From positions 2,062,550 to 2,126,549 of the forward strand of contig NMRA01000012.1 in assembly GCA_002633005.1 (NCBI GenBank): a stretch of 64,000 nucleotides of DNA, read 5' to 3'. The notes under the pieces were generated by a model. The model did no database searches. It saw only the letters and a list, made by a program, of their open reading frames with translations, and was not told where the DNA came from. The translations under genes were made by a program, and so were the position numbers. Each line of letters opens with the position of its first letter. Within the stretch, counting starts at the first letter, position 1. Below, in pieces: positions 38,301-52,200 of the stretch. Source of the stretch: Phoronis australis. Lineage: Eukaryota > Animalia > Phoronida.

Positions 38301-41300
38301 GAAAAAAATTGCTGTTGCTAATCATCCACTCCATCTTGATATGGTGTTATATGAGGGTGGGCTTCTGTTAGAGAAGGAAGCGTCTGTTGGAGAACCAGGC
38401 TCTATTAGAAGCTTTACAGAGGTTGTTTGTCACTGCCATTTATTATTTGCTCTAGTTTGGGTCCTTTCCTAGGTCATCTTTCAAGCTCACATGTACAATA
38501 CAGCCAATGAAATCTTTTTGTCTCAAAATTTCTACATGCCCTCTTCAAAAGATCAAAAGTTTTGGACTCTATGATGAAAACAATTCTGTGTATTTTTCTC
38601 ATTTTCAGTTTGCCTTTTTTCCAGGAAGACTATGACAGAGAAGGTATTCCTTGGTCATATACGTCTTTTGTTGACAATCGACCGTGTCTAGAGCTGCTGG
38701 AGGGAACCCCTGGAATATTTGCGCTGCTGAATGAAGTAAAATTGCGTTCCTTGATTAATGTTTTTGATCTATATGTGTTTTGCTACACGTACAGACCTGC
38801 AGTTGTTTTAAGATGTCACACGTGTTGGATATGCCTGCATCATACAGTCAAATGTTAGAAATTTTTGGTCTGTAGCTTTTTTACAATTACTTCATTTTCA
38901 CCTGTAAATGTAGTCTTTGACTGACTTCTACTTGAGGCCAAAGCGTGATCGTTATGACAAAAGACCAGAGCCAAAACCCTCAAGTCCCCGCTTCACATTA
39001 ATATCACTGAACATTTCCATTAATTGGTAATGCTGTTAAAATAGATGGCGATCATTGATTTACTTAAACGTCTTGTCTAGGAGTGCCAGTTGAACCGGCC
39101 ATCCTCCGACGACAACTTGGTGCACCGAGTGACCTCCACACTCCAGTCTAACGCTTGCCTCCGCAAGTCAAAGCCTGCCCTCAGCCATATATCGTTTGTC
39201 ATTACCCATTATGCTGAGCTTGTGCAATACAGTATCGAAGGTGTGCTTGATAAGAACAAAGACAATGTGCCCACCGAACTTGTGGATTTGTTGACTTCCA
39301 GTACAAACCCATTTGTGGCCGGGCTGTTCTCAAACATCACACTGGAACAACCGGGGCGCAAGAAAAAGACCGTTTTATCAAAGTTTAAAGTGAGTTGTGA
39401 ATGCTTCGAAACAATTTGTTTAGATCAAAAGTTGTGAATTGGTGTTAGATCAATAAGGTTATTCAGAAAACTAAATTGTGTTTTTTTTCAGGAAACATTG
39501 ATGACCTCTGGTTGCAAATTGCCTGTTACCTCTAGTCTAAGTTGCACAATTAGGAAATTGTGTGAAAATGGCAATTTGAAACTATAGCAGCATATTTCCA
39601 AGGTAACAAGTTGCTTACAAAGAGAGCTGCGTTGTCTTCCAAATGTAATGGAATTTTGATAAGTGTAACCGATCCATTTGGCATGTCACTAGAATTTAAT
39701 GGGTAAATTAGAACACAAGGTAGACCGTCTGTTATATATTGTGGTGAGCCTGTGATGTAGACATTTTGCTTATCATGTCGACCTTTACCTGCTGGCACTG
39801 CTGCATTTCATTGGTCAGTGTGGGAAGACGGTATTTCACTGCAGCAAAAGTTGACCTACAGGTTAATGTATTTGCAGCTCCTGAGATTGCTTGTGTGTGT
39901 GTTGTATGGTAATGTGTTATACTGTTAGCAGTGATCTATTGGTATTTTGCAACAGTTGTCTTCTCATCAACAGCATGTCTCTCAGTTTAAAGGGACATTC
40001 TCGACAAGAAAAGTAATAAATGGGATGCATATTACTCTAACACACAGTAGCAGCCAAAGGCTCTACGGCTTAGCCAAATCTCATGCATTAAAGAGCAGAG
40101 TGTTTTAAATGTATAGTATAAGACACCGGTTTTGATTTCAGCAAATGTCTGGCAGACTACGACGAGAAATGGAAACCTGTAATCAAATAATGATAACACA
40201 ATGGATTTTGGAGTTTTATAGCTTTGGTCAAAGCTAATAACTTAAAGATATATATTGATAACGCCACAAAAAGATAATGTCCATTTAGTATGTCAAAAGC
40301 TCAGCTTGCATTTGGGTGTCTTCTGTTTTGTTTGAGTACTCGTCAAGGACACGCGATCGCATCTGGAACATATAGTTTTCTTTGGATTGTTTATCAAACT
40401 GCATGAAGGCACTATTCATACAGACGGTTGAATTGCAGTCATTTGCTGTGTAACCTCTGACCCTATTGTATTTAATGCAGAGCTGTATGGACCAGTTGAT
40501 GTCTACTCTGAGCAACACTACGGCACACTATGTACGATGTATCAAACCCAACACCAAGTCACAACCAGACCGGTTTGATGATGAATACGTCATGTCTCAG
40601 CTGAAAGCATGCGGCGTTACAGAAACTGTGGAAATTGGTCGACAAGCCTATCCAGCTAGGTATGTAGACGACTCATGGAGAAGATTGCCTGTGTGCTCTT
40701 TCACTTAGATTTATCTTGTACTGTGTGGATTATTTTTCCTCAGCTGGGTAGATTTTTTGTTTTCTAGTTTGGAAATATCTATAATTGTTTCTTGAATATG
40801 AACAGTTAGCTTCTCGGCTCAAATCATAAGTCTTCATAAAGTAAGAAAAATTATAAGACTGGCCTCAATACAATGCTGTATACTAACTATACAGCTTTGC
40901 GTCAATGTGGATAAAAAACTGACCAAATAAAATCTGACAAAAAACTTGTGTCATTGAAAACTACACTCTTCCTTGAGTAAAATTACCGGTGTTAAAAACA
41001 TTGGCGTGGAGCGATCTTACGCGTTGGCTTTTGGCACCATAAAATATAGCATCACTTATGGATAATTTTTTGTGCCAAGGCAAGCTGAGTGTCGGATGAC
41101 TCACAGATTTTGCATGCACCTCCATTGGTCGTTAGCTCTACCATCCGGGCCGTGGGAAATTTTGGGGTCTAACTGAACTCAACACACACCTAGCTGTATT
41201 TTGACGATAGTCTTCATACAGCTAGCTGGCTGACTAGAGTGACTGCAGCCTTCAAATACATTTAGAAAAGCAAGTGACGCAGAATAATTCCATTGTTGAT

Positions 41301-44300
41301 GTAAATGATGATTGCATTTTAACATTCAGTTAGACTGAATTGTCTAAACAGTCGTGGTTGTCATGGCGACATGCCTAAAATGTGAATATTATTATCTATA
41401 CAAGAAGGAACAACATTCTTATGCATGATGCATTTTGATTTCTACCATTTTAATTTTATTGATTTTGCCAGTGAAGTCTGTCTACCATATTTTGTACATT
41501 CAAGCAGTATACTGTGGTTGGCAACGACATGCAGAAAATTAATAATGGTTTGTAAAAATAATGGCACATGACCACCAAACTCAAAAACTGAGAAATCATG
41601 TCGCACGAAGTTAGAAAGTTTATTTGGATCTTGCTGTGCGAGTGGTCAAATTGTCACGTCTCAAGTGAAGTTTGGTGGTCGGAGGCTATCATATTTCTAC
41701 AGTGGCTGTCGCAATCTTTCAGGATAAAGTACTCGGATTTCCTCCATCGCTACGGTGTGTTGATACGTGCGAGTACACCGACAGAACACGATGAAGGTAG
41801 TAATAAAGAGAATGAGGGTGACCTGAGTTCTGATAACTTGTTGGATGTGGTCCTGAGGAAGAATGGGAGGTCATCAGGTCTGAAGAAGGGCACACCCAAG
41901 AAGAAACTTCGCAGGAGAGCTGGTGAGACGGTGGTGGGTGGGCTGTGGGATTTGTTACAGATCTTTTGTGATACTCAAAAATGGAGGATGGCGTAGAAAC
42001 CGCAAACTAGTCGAGCCATGTGAGACTCGCGTGACGCCTGCCCTTAGAGCAATGAGTTGACATGTTTCTTTGTAGTGCTGCAGGGCTTGACAAGCAAGTA
42101 AATGCTCAAAAATACGAGTGGAAAATTCACCTCACCCTTAGAACTCATACAGGCACTGAGCAGACGTTTTTTTTTATTGCTGCAGTTGCCAGTAGTTGAT
42201 CTCCGACTGTGGACCCGGCGATCGTTCTCCATGACCTGTTTTGTAAGATTGCACATGCTCTTAATCTTAATAATTGCAATTTAAACATTCAATTTGAGGG
42301 CAATAATTCCCTGGCAAGCCTGAAAATTGAGGTGCGGCCGATTAACTGCTGAGGCAGAGAGTCGCTCTGGTAATACATGACCTTTGAAACTGAAGTAAAC
42401 TGATTCTAAATTCAAAAGATTTCCCATATCCATAAGGCTTGTTGCCGACGCAGATGTTATATAGATGCTCCCTAACTAACTCAAAAAATTGAAAAACCTG
42501 TCCAAAATTTTCTTTCAAATTCGGAAAATACGAGTGCAAATATGCCATCATTTGTATTTTCGAGTGGAAATTTTCACCTGTGTAGAGTGCTGCCCTATTT
42601 TGTATATTTTAACATAAATCTCATATGTGCCTGTTTTCAGTAACTTTCAATGTCAAAGACAATAACGTTCAAATTAAAACACCTATTGTTGCAATAATGG
42701 CCTCACGTAGTGCCACATGCTTAGATCAAATCTACACGCATACTATTACTGGATACAGCTACGGTTCATGTCGAAATAAATGTTTATAAGCAGTAATACA
42801 GCACATGAGAAAAGACCCCTGTTAGTGAGAACACCTGTTCATTCACCGCTAGTTACTGTAGTTTTGTTTCACATCCCAGTGTTCACCTTTGCTCTATCCT
42901 GTGTGCAGGGTTTTCTAGTGCTGATCACTCACGTCGACTCTGTTCAGCCATTGTCACCTCAGTGTTTGGCAAGCAACCCAGAGATGACCCATCAGGGCAC
43001 AAAATGGGTCGCACAAAGATCTTCCTGAGAGACGGTCAGGTAATGAAGACTGTATTCACAGTAGTTACCTTTGAATGGTTTCTTGGTAACAATCATAAGA
43101 CGGGAGTTCTTTTTGTGGGAAAATCTCATGGAAAATTGTGAATTCTAGCGAACTTGTAGAAAATGAATATGCAATATGAGTGGCAACTATTAGAGTTTGT
43201 TCGAGTTTCTTGGTGAGAAGATGTAGCTCACTGTTTTAGAACCATGTTATTTGGTTATCTTGCTCACCGATGATACTTTAGGAAAAGTATTCAGACAAAA
43301 TGATCAGAAATTCCCCATCGTGACTTACGGGCAGAAGCCGAATTTATCATAAGAGTAGTCTTCTCTCATGACCAATGTAAGGGAAATAACTGGAAAATTA
43401 GCAAGCTGGCTCAGCCATTCTGTAATTAGAATTTTACTGGCATGGTAGCTATTGATAGTCACTTTTGGTCTTGACAGAATTAGCTGTTATGACGAGGAAA
43501 AGATATTTTTTGTCTTATTTTTGTCATGTACTGTATAAGCTGACAATGATTCTCATCATCAATTAAAATATTGGTGCTTTTATTTGATATCTTGGCCTGA
43601 AACTAATATCACATGAGTGAATGCTCTACACTTATTTCAGTTGGAGATGCTGGAGTCTGCTCGTGTTAAGGTGCTCAGTAAACAGGCGTTCACAATACAG
43701 TGTGCTTGGAGGAGGTATCGCAGTAGGGTGCGACAAGAACAAAAGATGGTGCTCGCTGCTCGGGTCTTACAAGCAGGTAATACGGCTTAACCAGGTGTGT
43801 GTAAGACTAGTTAATACCTTGTGTTTGGTGAGATTGTGCATTACAAACTGAGCAAGTGATCTGAATCTTGAGTAACTAGCGTTATTAGCATTTATTTAAT
43901 GAACGTACTCGTAGACAGTGATGAGTGTCACAATGCCTGCTATGGCAGTGGAAATGTGTTTGGATTTAATTTGTTTGTTTGTTTGATAACATACTTGTGC
44001 AACTGAATAGTTTCAGTGAAAATATACACATTAAAAAATAACTGGATATCTGGAATATTAACTAAAGTAAATAAGAACATGCATGCTACCAGGGATGCAT
44101 TGTGTGGATGCAGGACATTCGCAAGACACAGCAGGAAGAATTAATTATAGAATGGAAACCATGAATATAATGCCTATAACTAAACATTACAGACTTACCG
44201 ATCAATCACTTCAGTGGCAGCCATTTTGTTAGTTTGCGCTTGTAAGATCTCAAGCTTACCTACAAAACACTTGCCTTTCACTCGCACGTGTGTTCTCAAA

Positions 44301-45979
44301 ACAAACTTAATTCCAAGAAAATTGGATTAGCTAAAGATAAATCTTAAATTTCAGTCAATTTTAAGATAAAACTTTAATTTGTCTCAAGTCTGCTTCAAGA
44401 AAGAGATCTTGAGTTTTTGACTTAAAAGTCAAAAATGAACTTAAGTCAGTTTCTTGGAACGGGCCTCAGGCTAAAAGCTTTTCCAAAATAACTTATTTTG
44501 AACACTTATTCATTTGCTAGCTATTTTGGAAGTTCACATCTTACAAAGCAATGGATTGAAACTAGGTTTTAAGAGATATGAGTTAAATATCCATCATTGT
44601 TGTCTGACCTTCATTTACTTGACCATTTCCAGCCTTTAGAAAGTGGCTGAAGCATCGTAACAGGCAACAAGAAATGAAATCCGCGGCGCTTGTCATTGAG
44701 CGGGGCTACATGGCATACAGAGAGAGGATTGCACTGAGGAGACATGTGCTGGAGCTGTCCTTGCAGAATCGAAGGTGGAGTAGTGAGGAGGCGAGTCGCA
44801 GCATGTCACATGATCAGTCATGTGATCAGTGTCACGATCGTGTAGTGTCTGTCAACGCCTGTATAAATTTTGTGGGAGTGTCCGACTTGAACTGTGATAA
44901 ACAAGATGTGTCGTCTTCTTATCGGTATGTCACTGGGAGGAACACTTCAAGTTGTGCTGAAATAAATGGAGTGAAGGACAAGCAGTTAACGTGTGGCATA
45001 TTGTCTAGCAGGAGAGTAACACCAGCCACACTACCCAAACCCAACAGATGTCGCTCTGGTAATAAAGGTACAGTGTCTTCTGTGGACAGGGTCTTGCAAC
45101 AACTGAGGAATGGTGGTGCCTGCCTGACATACAAGCACTTGCATTTTCTGGAGGCGAGAGATGGCGTTTTGTCACGAAGACATGTCTTTGAGGTAAATTT
45201 TACATATTTGACGATGCAAACTTCTGTAATTCAGTCATAGTACTGATGTGAAGTGAGGATTCTGTTTTGATAATCTGTTCTATTCTGTTTGACTACCGTA
45301 CCTGAGAATGGTATTTGCCCAATATCAAAATGTCGTTCATGCACTTGTTCTGTAATTTTTGTTTTTCAACTTGCATATGAATCTCAAATTGTCCATCAAG
45401 TTTGAATTAAAATAGCTGGTTCTCAAAATGTGGCCAAGTTTTATCCGACTATTGCCGAAACCTTTTCCAAAATGCATTTTTTCCTCAACACAACCAGGTG
45501 TTTGTCAGTGAATATGTGTGCAGCTGATTTGTGTTTGCGCAAAATTAAGTTTTCCGTGCATCTGGATGACTTCATTAGTGTGCATGTTGCTAGTTTTATG
45601 AATGACTCAGGTGGTCCGTTGACTTGGTGGTCAGTGTAAAAGAGCGATTGTCTGATGGCCTTGGCAGTGAAAAAAATAAAAATCTTTTCGATTTACCTTC
45701 GCAGTGTGCCATGTAATTTTAGACGTTTTTGAGAACATTCTATTTACCCAATTGTGTAATTTTTTCTGTCCCTATTTGCTATACGTAAGGGCATTCAGAT
45801 CCGCAAATAACTAACCGATTGCATTATTTTTTTAGGGCAAAGTGAGATTCCACACCAAAGTGAACAACATTCTGACGTATGGTCACCTGGCTAATCGCAT
45901 AGACTACCAATGCAGTATAACCGATTGTCTGAGTGCTACGGATATTTACAGACTGCAGAAGGAGAGACCAGTCTATTAG
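20368..45979 (+). CDS. MYO19: Unconventional myosin XIX (mitochondria-associated myosin), 19 exons, about 1034 aa
   Basis: Exons 20368-20430, 28467-28560, 29217-29362, 30215-30328, 31136-31262, 32252-32321, 33636-33738, 34563-34632, 35621-35791, 36620-36874, 38008-38129, 38625-38735, 39081-39389, 40481-40659, 41723-41922, 42909-43039, 43641-43776, 44633-45192, 45836-45979. P-loop SGESGAGKT, switch [10 protein letters not shown], switch [17 protein letters not shown] (MYO19-like), [10 protein letters not shown] motifs, short tail without coiled coil. Exon 1 and exon 34563-34632 are the least certain. Confidence 0.9.
20713..21283. mobile_element. Foldback/MITE-like long inverted repeat in MYO19 intron 1
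   Basis: Arms about 20713-20960 and 21040-21283 are reverse complements (e.g. ATGTCTTTAATTCCTTCCAACTC vs GAGTTGGAAGGAATTAAAGACAT). A related partial copy lies at about 19255-19985, split by the TRIM. Confidence 0.8.
22730..22953 (+). repeat. Dispersed repeat (hAT-like MITE end), also at 62310-62513 and reversed at about 33100-33175
   Basis: Shared GGAATCATGGAC..GGAACCCCATTTTGGACACC.TATTTT.GAAATCCTGGATA. Confidence 0.75.
24600..25800 (-). pseudogene. Degraded ORF, possibly a retroelement ORF1-like remnant, in MYO19 intron 1
   Basis: A 162-aa ORF (24906-25394) continues past a stop into [30 protein letters not shown] and, with a frameshift, QGNW. An upstream segment reads [17 protein letters not shown]. 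Confidence 0.35.
34185..34246. repeat. (TTTG)n microsatellite
   Basis: Direct reading. Confidence 0.95.
35065..35321 (-). mobile_element. tRNA-derived SINE
   Basis: Minus strand reads GGCGGTGAGGCCTAGAGGGTT (A-box-like) ... GGTTCTAATCCCA (B-box-like), then a body and a (TTA)-rich tail. Confidence 0.6.
38189..38419. mobile_element. Tc1/mariner-type MITE (degenerate)
   Basis: CCATAAAGCTTCTTATAGTAGCC ... GGCTCTATTAGAAGCTTTACAG inverted termini; TA on the left. Confidence 0.6.
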
Positions 45980-48900
45980 TGATCTGCGGTCTGAAGTATT
46001 GCAACACAATGGCTACCTTTTCCTAACTACTACTCGCAAAAAGTTAATTTATTTCAAGGGAAAAGTGAATAGATGTGGTCTTGCTTCAAGGTGCTCTATT
46101 AAACAACAACCAAGAATTACATGTGTCAAGTGGCAAATCAGTTAATCTACTGAAACAGCATTTGAAAGTGGCCGGTCATGTGACGTGCATTGCAAGTGAA
46201 ACTATCTAAGCAGGTTAAGTAGTCAAGTTCGACCTCATTTGGTTCACTTAGAATGAACTAGAGTAATCTGAGCTTACATAATTGGCCAACCCAGTGAATG
46301 TTGTCAGGGTATATGTACTACCTACCGCTTCAGCACTATAAATATGACAAGGGTAATAGTCACATTTTGATAACCAGTTTTCTCCACTGAATAACATGTA
46401 TGGAACTGGTTCTCAAAATCTGGAACCCCTGTAAGCAACTATTGCCTTGCGAGCATGTTGCCAAGTGACTCTCATATTACAGGATCAATTAATCTATTAA
46501 CAGAGCTGTGTAGAATGCTGCAATGCTGTGAATGTTGTCAGTCTATTGCCAGGTAATGTTCTCTGACTATGGGTTAAATTATTGTGACCTCAGGACAGCC
46601 GCATTGTTTTTTGTACCCATTTCTCAGATGCTGTTGGTTATAGTGACACCAAGAACAGTGGCTAATGTCAAAGTTCACCAACTTAAAATTTGAAGATATG
46701 AAGCTGTCAGCAGAGGAACTACCAACAGAGGCAGACTGTGATCTCTTCTCATCCACAGTGCAAAGCCAGGAAACAAATGCTAACTGAATGCATTACAAAT
46801 TCTAAGTTTCTCCAAGTTTTTAAGTGTTTTTAAAGATAGTACGTTTTCAGTTTTTGGTCCCGATGGAAACACAGCTTCAGTCTTCGTGGTTGAAGCAATA
46901 GTTTTAGAGGTTTGCGTGACTGTTAAATGGAGATCATGTGTGCTGGTATTAATTAATGTTAAGTATTTGGCAGAAGCTACTTCAATTTCAAAGCCAATTG
47001 TTCATCGTGTACACAACTGACAGGTGTCCGCATTAGCCCCTATAGTACATCAGAAGCCTTAAGAGTTACTTTTCTCTCAATCATCAAAAGTCACTATCCC
47101 GTAATTTCCTCCCATATTCAAAAGTTAAGTCGAAAGACCTGCCAATGTCATGTGGCTGCAAAGCTGAAATCCTCTTGTGGTTTGCAAGACCTCGTACTGG
47201 TTTTCCTCATGCTTGGCTATACACCGTATGCAAGTTACATAACAGGTTGGGAGATTTTGTCCCACTTCCTCCGATTGGTTGGTGATCTATTCTTCCAACT
47301 CTGCCAAATGCTTCGGGCATCACAACTTTTTCGTATTTTTTATTAGTTTTAACATTGACTATTAAATTTGGAAGAGCTGGGTCAACTGCAGATGTATTAA
47401 TTGGCGTATGGGAGGCCACCTGTCGGGGAGCAACACCAGAGAATGCCAGCATAGGTGAGAATTTGTCAGCATATCGTGTAGCAAGGGAAAGTGAACGTTG
47501 ACATGATGCAACTGGACTGCTGTGTCGCGTGCAGATGTGGCAAGTCTTACTGTTAAAGGGAAAGTCAATTTTAAGTGTATGAAAGCTAGTTGAGACTCGT
47601 CATTTTCCAAGATGGTTCGTTTACCAAGGATTAGAACAAGTCTGGTCTGTGATTTATGTTATGTGTGGCCCATACATTCAGGGCATTTTGCTTTAAAATG
47701 TTGCAAAATTTCAATATGTTTTTCAGTGCATTCATACAATATGGCCTTCACAGGATTTATTTGTATCCTTACCACGTTTTATAGATTTGTAATATAAATG
47801 CATGGGTACCTTGTTCAATAGGTTTCATTATTTATAGTGTCTGTGCCATATTCTCTACAAGTCGCACATTAACTCTTCTTAATTATATATCTATGGTTAT
47901 ATGAGGACTTTCATGGAGTGTTCTGTACCTCTTTCACTCAAATAAATAGAGAAAAATTTTATTTGTCGATTTAAGTTCACATGCCCAACCATGTGCTATT
48001 CCAGTCAAAGACAATATTTAAAGTAGCATTTCACACTGCTTTAAATAGCTGGCTAAAATTGAATTGGGCCTTTCTGGTCTCATAAAATCGGTCTTAAAAT
48101 TTTCTATTTCCGTTACCAACAAGAACATCAAAACTATTTATAGAATCAAAAAAAAAACACTTCAGACTATAGTGTTCGCCAATCCTAAAATTACGAATTT
48201 GAAAATGGCAATGATTAAATAGGGCAACACTGTTAACAGGACTCTTGATCTCAACATTTTAAACACCGAGACCCTGTCTAGGGTAGAAATAACAAACAAA
48301 AACATAATTGAAATGTCATTTAATTTAAAATAAACATAGGAAGTTAAATACATTGATAAACATGTACTTAGGGATCATGTTTAAATACACTGCATCAAAA
48401 ATATTCCAGTTAGGCTGGCACGAAGTGATTAACAGATATCATTTCTTGCCATCTACATACCAAATTGGACTTAATGTACACAGCATCCAGTGTATAGGCA
48501 ATAATAGTTCACATGCATTTCGTCTTAGATGCCACAGTGTAATTTGTCACCGTTTCTTTACAAGAGACACACGGGGTAATTTTTTAAAGATTTAATGAAG
48601 GAGACTTGCTTTCAAGCAGTCAGTTTCAAAAGAATCTGGTACGTCAGTAGAAAAAAGAGTAGGCAACAAACTAATATTTACCAGCTGCTGCTTCATGAGG
48701 AAAGGTCACTTATAGATTACCAACAGAAAACAGTTCATCAACACAGTGTTTGTACCTTTCTACGAACAGAACCTTTACTTTATCAGTGCCACCTAGTGAA
48801 TTTCCAGTTCCTATTGCACAACAAAAGAGCATTAGGCTTACCCTGGCTGTCAATTCAAAGGCCACCGTATAGGTTGAGTTTCAACATGAAAGGCACAAAT

Positions 48901-49281
48901 GCTTTTGAAGAAATATTCCTGTGGTCAGTTTCACGGAGCTCAGTCTCAGTCTGAAGATCACTCATAGGTCAAGGTTCATCATGCTGAGTAACAAAGATAA
49001 AGCAGGCCTAAAACTGCTCAACTAACCCAGACGAAGAGAAACTACTTCATTTGGAAACGATATCAAAAATAGGTAAGAGACGCACCTCAGTTCAAGTTTA
49101 AACAAAAAAATTGTGAAACAAGACAACAACTAGTCTCAAATGAACTGTTCTCATAAATAAGGTATCGTAAAACAGGCGGACGAGGTCCTATACACCCTCC
49201 TCAGTATGTCTCACTGGCTGCTGACCTACTGCTGACGATCAGACAACAAGACCCATCTACAATTGTATCATCATCTCATGG

Positions 49282-52200
49282 TTAACTTGACCCTTTCTGT
49301 TTCTTTAGTTTTTTCATCTCCCTGTCGTATTCATTCCTTTTCTCAGTCAATCGTTTTACCTGAAACCAACATTCATTGAATATTAATGATACTAGCCTTT
49401 AGCCACAGTACCGTCAAGCACTTAAAAATAACGATGAAAACGTACAAATTCATGGTAAAAGACAGGATTTTGTTTTAACACTAAAACATCTTCAGGTGAT
49501 TACAGGTTGAACACAGAATGTTCAGAGATCAGTTAAACCACGCAAGATATATAAACAGGGGTTCTTATCAAATTCATATGAATTTCTACAAAAATCCTTA
49601 ATGATAAATTGCCAATAAGCTGATTGCTGAGGCGCCCTCCCTGTCATAACATACCTCCTGGGCTTTCCTCTTCTTTGAGTGCATAATCTTGTTGTAGAGT
49701 CGTTTCTTCTTTTTAGGAATCATCATCTCCGCCAGCCTTCTCTCCTCATCTTGTTGTTTCTTAAGTTTGCGCCCCACGTCCTCACGTTCCACAGTACCCT
49801 GCTCCACTGACATGCTGCTTGTGTTCAATGACTGAAATACAATAAATAATGGGACGTACAAACACGCACACATCTACACTGGTGTTCAGAGGTCCACAGA
49901 GGAAAATGCACAGGTTTGCTTGTTGTCAGTAGATCTGGGCACGTGAGTCCTACCCAGACACAATGTACCCATTAACAAGATACGTGACACAACCCTAATC
50001 CTACGCACACTCATTCACCCTTAATCCAACTAAGATATATCACTAAGACCAAAACTTGCTCAAGGATACAAGGCTCAGCCATAATCACAATAGTTACATC
50101 GTTCAAATGGAAAAAAAACGTTAGACTACACCGGGACCCAGACTGTAAGAGGCATGACTCCACCCTAACCGAAGTAAAAAAAATAAACAGCTTATCCCTA
50201 ATCAAATTCGAAAACAAAGGGCTCAATCCAACCCGAACCTGAAGACTCAAGACTTAGTCCTGTGCCAACTTGAAAACATAGGCCTCAATCCCACTTTACT
50301 TGAAGATACATGGCCCAATCCCACCCAAATTGAAGACAAATCATATTGAACAACCCTGTCCCAACATGAAGGCACATGAACCAACCCTAGCCCAACATGA
50401 AGACATGTCGACAAATCCCAATCAACTCTGAAGCATGTGGAACTATCCCAACCCAATTTGAAAATACAAAGTTCAATTACACATGACTCAACACCAACCC
50501 AACTCGAATACACATAGCTCTTCTATAAACTTATGTTAAAGCACATGGCTTTGTACCTTGCTTTCATCAGCTTTCCTCTTGTTACGCTTGACTGGTGTTT
50601 TCTCTTCAGCCTCACTGTCTTCTGAAAACACAACAAATGTATGTAAGATGTTAGGCAAACACTATGAACACACAGCATATGTCGGATGTTAGGCAAACAC
50701 TATGAACACACAGCATATGTCGGATGTTAGGCAAACACTATGAACACACAGCATATGTCAAATGTTAGGCAAACACTATGAACACACAGCATATGTCAAA
50801 TGTTAGGCAAACACTATGAACACACAGCATATGTCAAATGTTAGGCAAACACTATGAACACACAGCATATGTCAAATGTTAGGCAAACACTATGAACACA
50901 CAGCATATGTCAAATGTTAGGCAAACACTATGAACACACAGCATATGTCAAATGTTAGGCAAACACTATGAACACACAGCATATGTCAAATGTTAGGCAA
51001 ACACTATGAACACACAGCATATGTCAAATGTTAGGCAAACACTATGAACACACAGCACATGTCAAATGTTAGGCAAACACTATGAACAAACAGCACATGT
51101 CAAATGTTAGGCAAACACTCTGAACACACAGCATATGTCAGATGTTAGGCAAACACTATGAAAACAATCAGAGTACAACATAAGTTGCACCTTTTTACTA
51201 GGATTTTTGGTGATGTAGAATGAAGACGTTTTATGTGGATGTGATCAACGTCATTATTCTAGGTCCTTAACAGCAGTTCTGATCAAACATCAAGAATCTA
51301 GCGTACAACTCTTTTGTGTTGTAAAAGCACGAAAATGACTTCAATTTGACTCAATTTTGACTCAATTTCAAATTTCCAGTGGTCATATAAGGTACAGTTA
51401 CGATAACTATCAACCACTTTCAAATTTCATTAAATAACTTTTTAAATGTCCATTGTCAACCTCTAAAATTTTCTGAATCATCGATGACTGAAAAATCTTT
51501 ATTTAAGCCTTAAAACGTCACACAAACAGTAATAACAAACAGCAACAATGAACACTGTGACTTCGTGTTTTAACTGTATATTCTGACCGTAAACAAAAGG
51601 GGACAGTGAATTAGATTTTTAATCTATCACTGCACAAATTTGATAACAGCCCTCAAAGTCACCTTGCAAAACATTCATTTTTGATGGCCAATATCTACAT
51701 TAATCGAAGGATAATAAAAAACAGGGACACTGTTCCTTAAGTAAGTGTGCAAAATTTCGTGCAAATCCACTCACACACTAAGGTGAAATCATGCAAAACT
51801 GTAAAAGTCATCGAAAATTGAATGGCTGATAATAAAGATTCGCCAAAAGTAAATAAAGTCAAATGAAATTGCAGTTAAAATTTGCATATCTTCATAAAAT
51901 GCATTTAAATAAATGTAATGAGTAGCAATGAACTGATTTAATTTCATGGAATATGATAGACTGGGAGCAAACAGCAGTTCATCAATATGAGTATCTGTGG
52001 GGTAACAATCACATGGGACTACCTGCTGATAGGACTATTGTCACACTAGCGCCACCTGGTTTAATTTCATGGAATATGATAGATTGGGAGCATAAAGCAG
52101 TTCATCAGTATGAGTATCTGTGGGGTGACAATCACATGTGACTACTTGTTGATAGGACTATTGTCACACTAGCGCCACCTGGTACATCTTAAGTCATTCA

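Noticed and set aside
50648-51162. 38-bp repeat array superficially like a CRISPR array
   Set aside because: Units are contiguous with no unique spacers, it lies in a eukaryotic intron, and there are no cas genes: a minisatellite.
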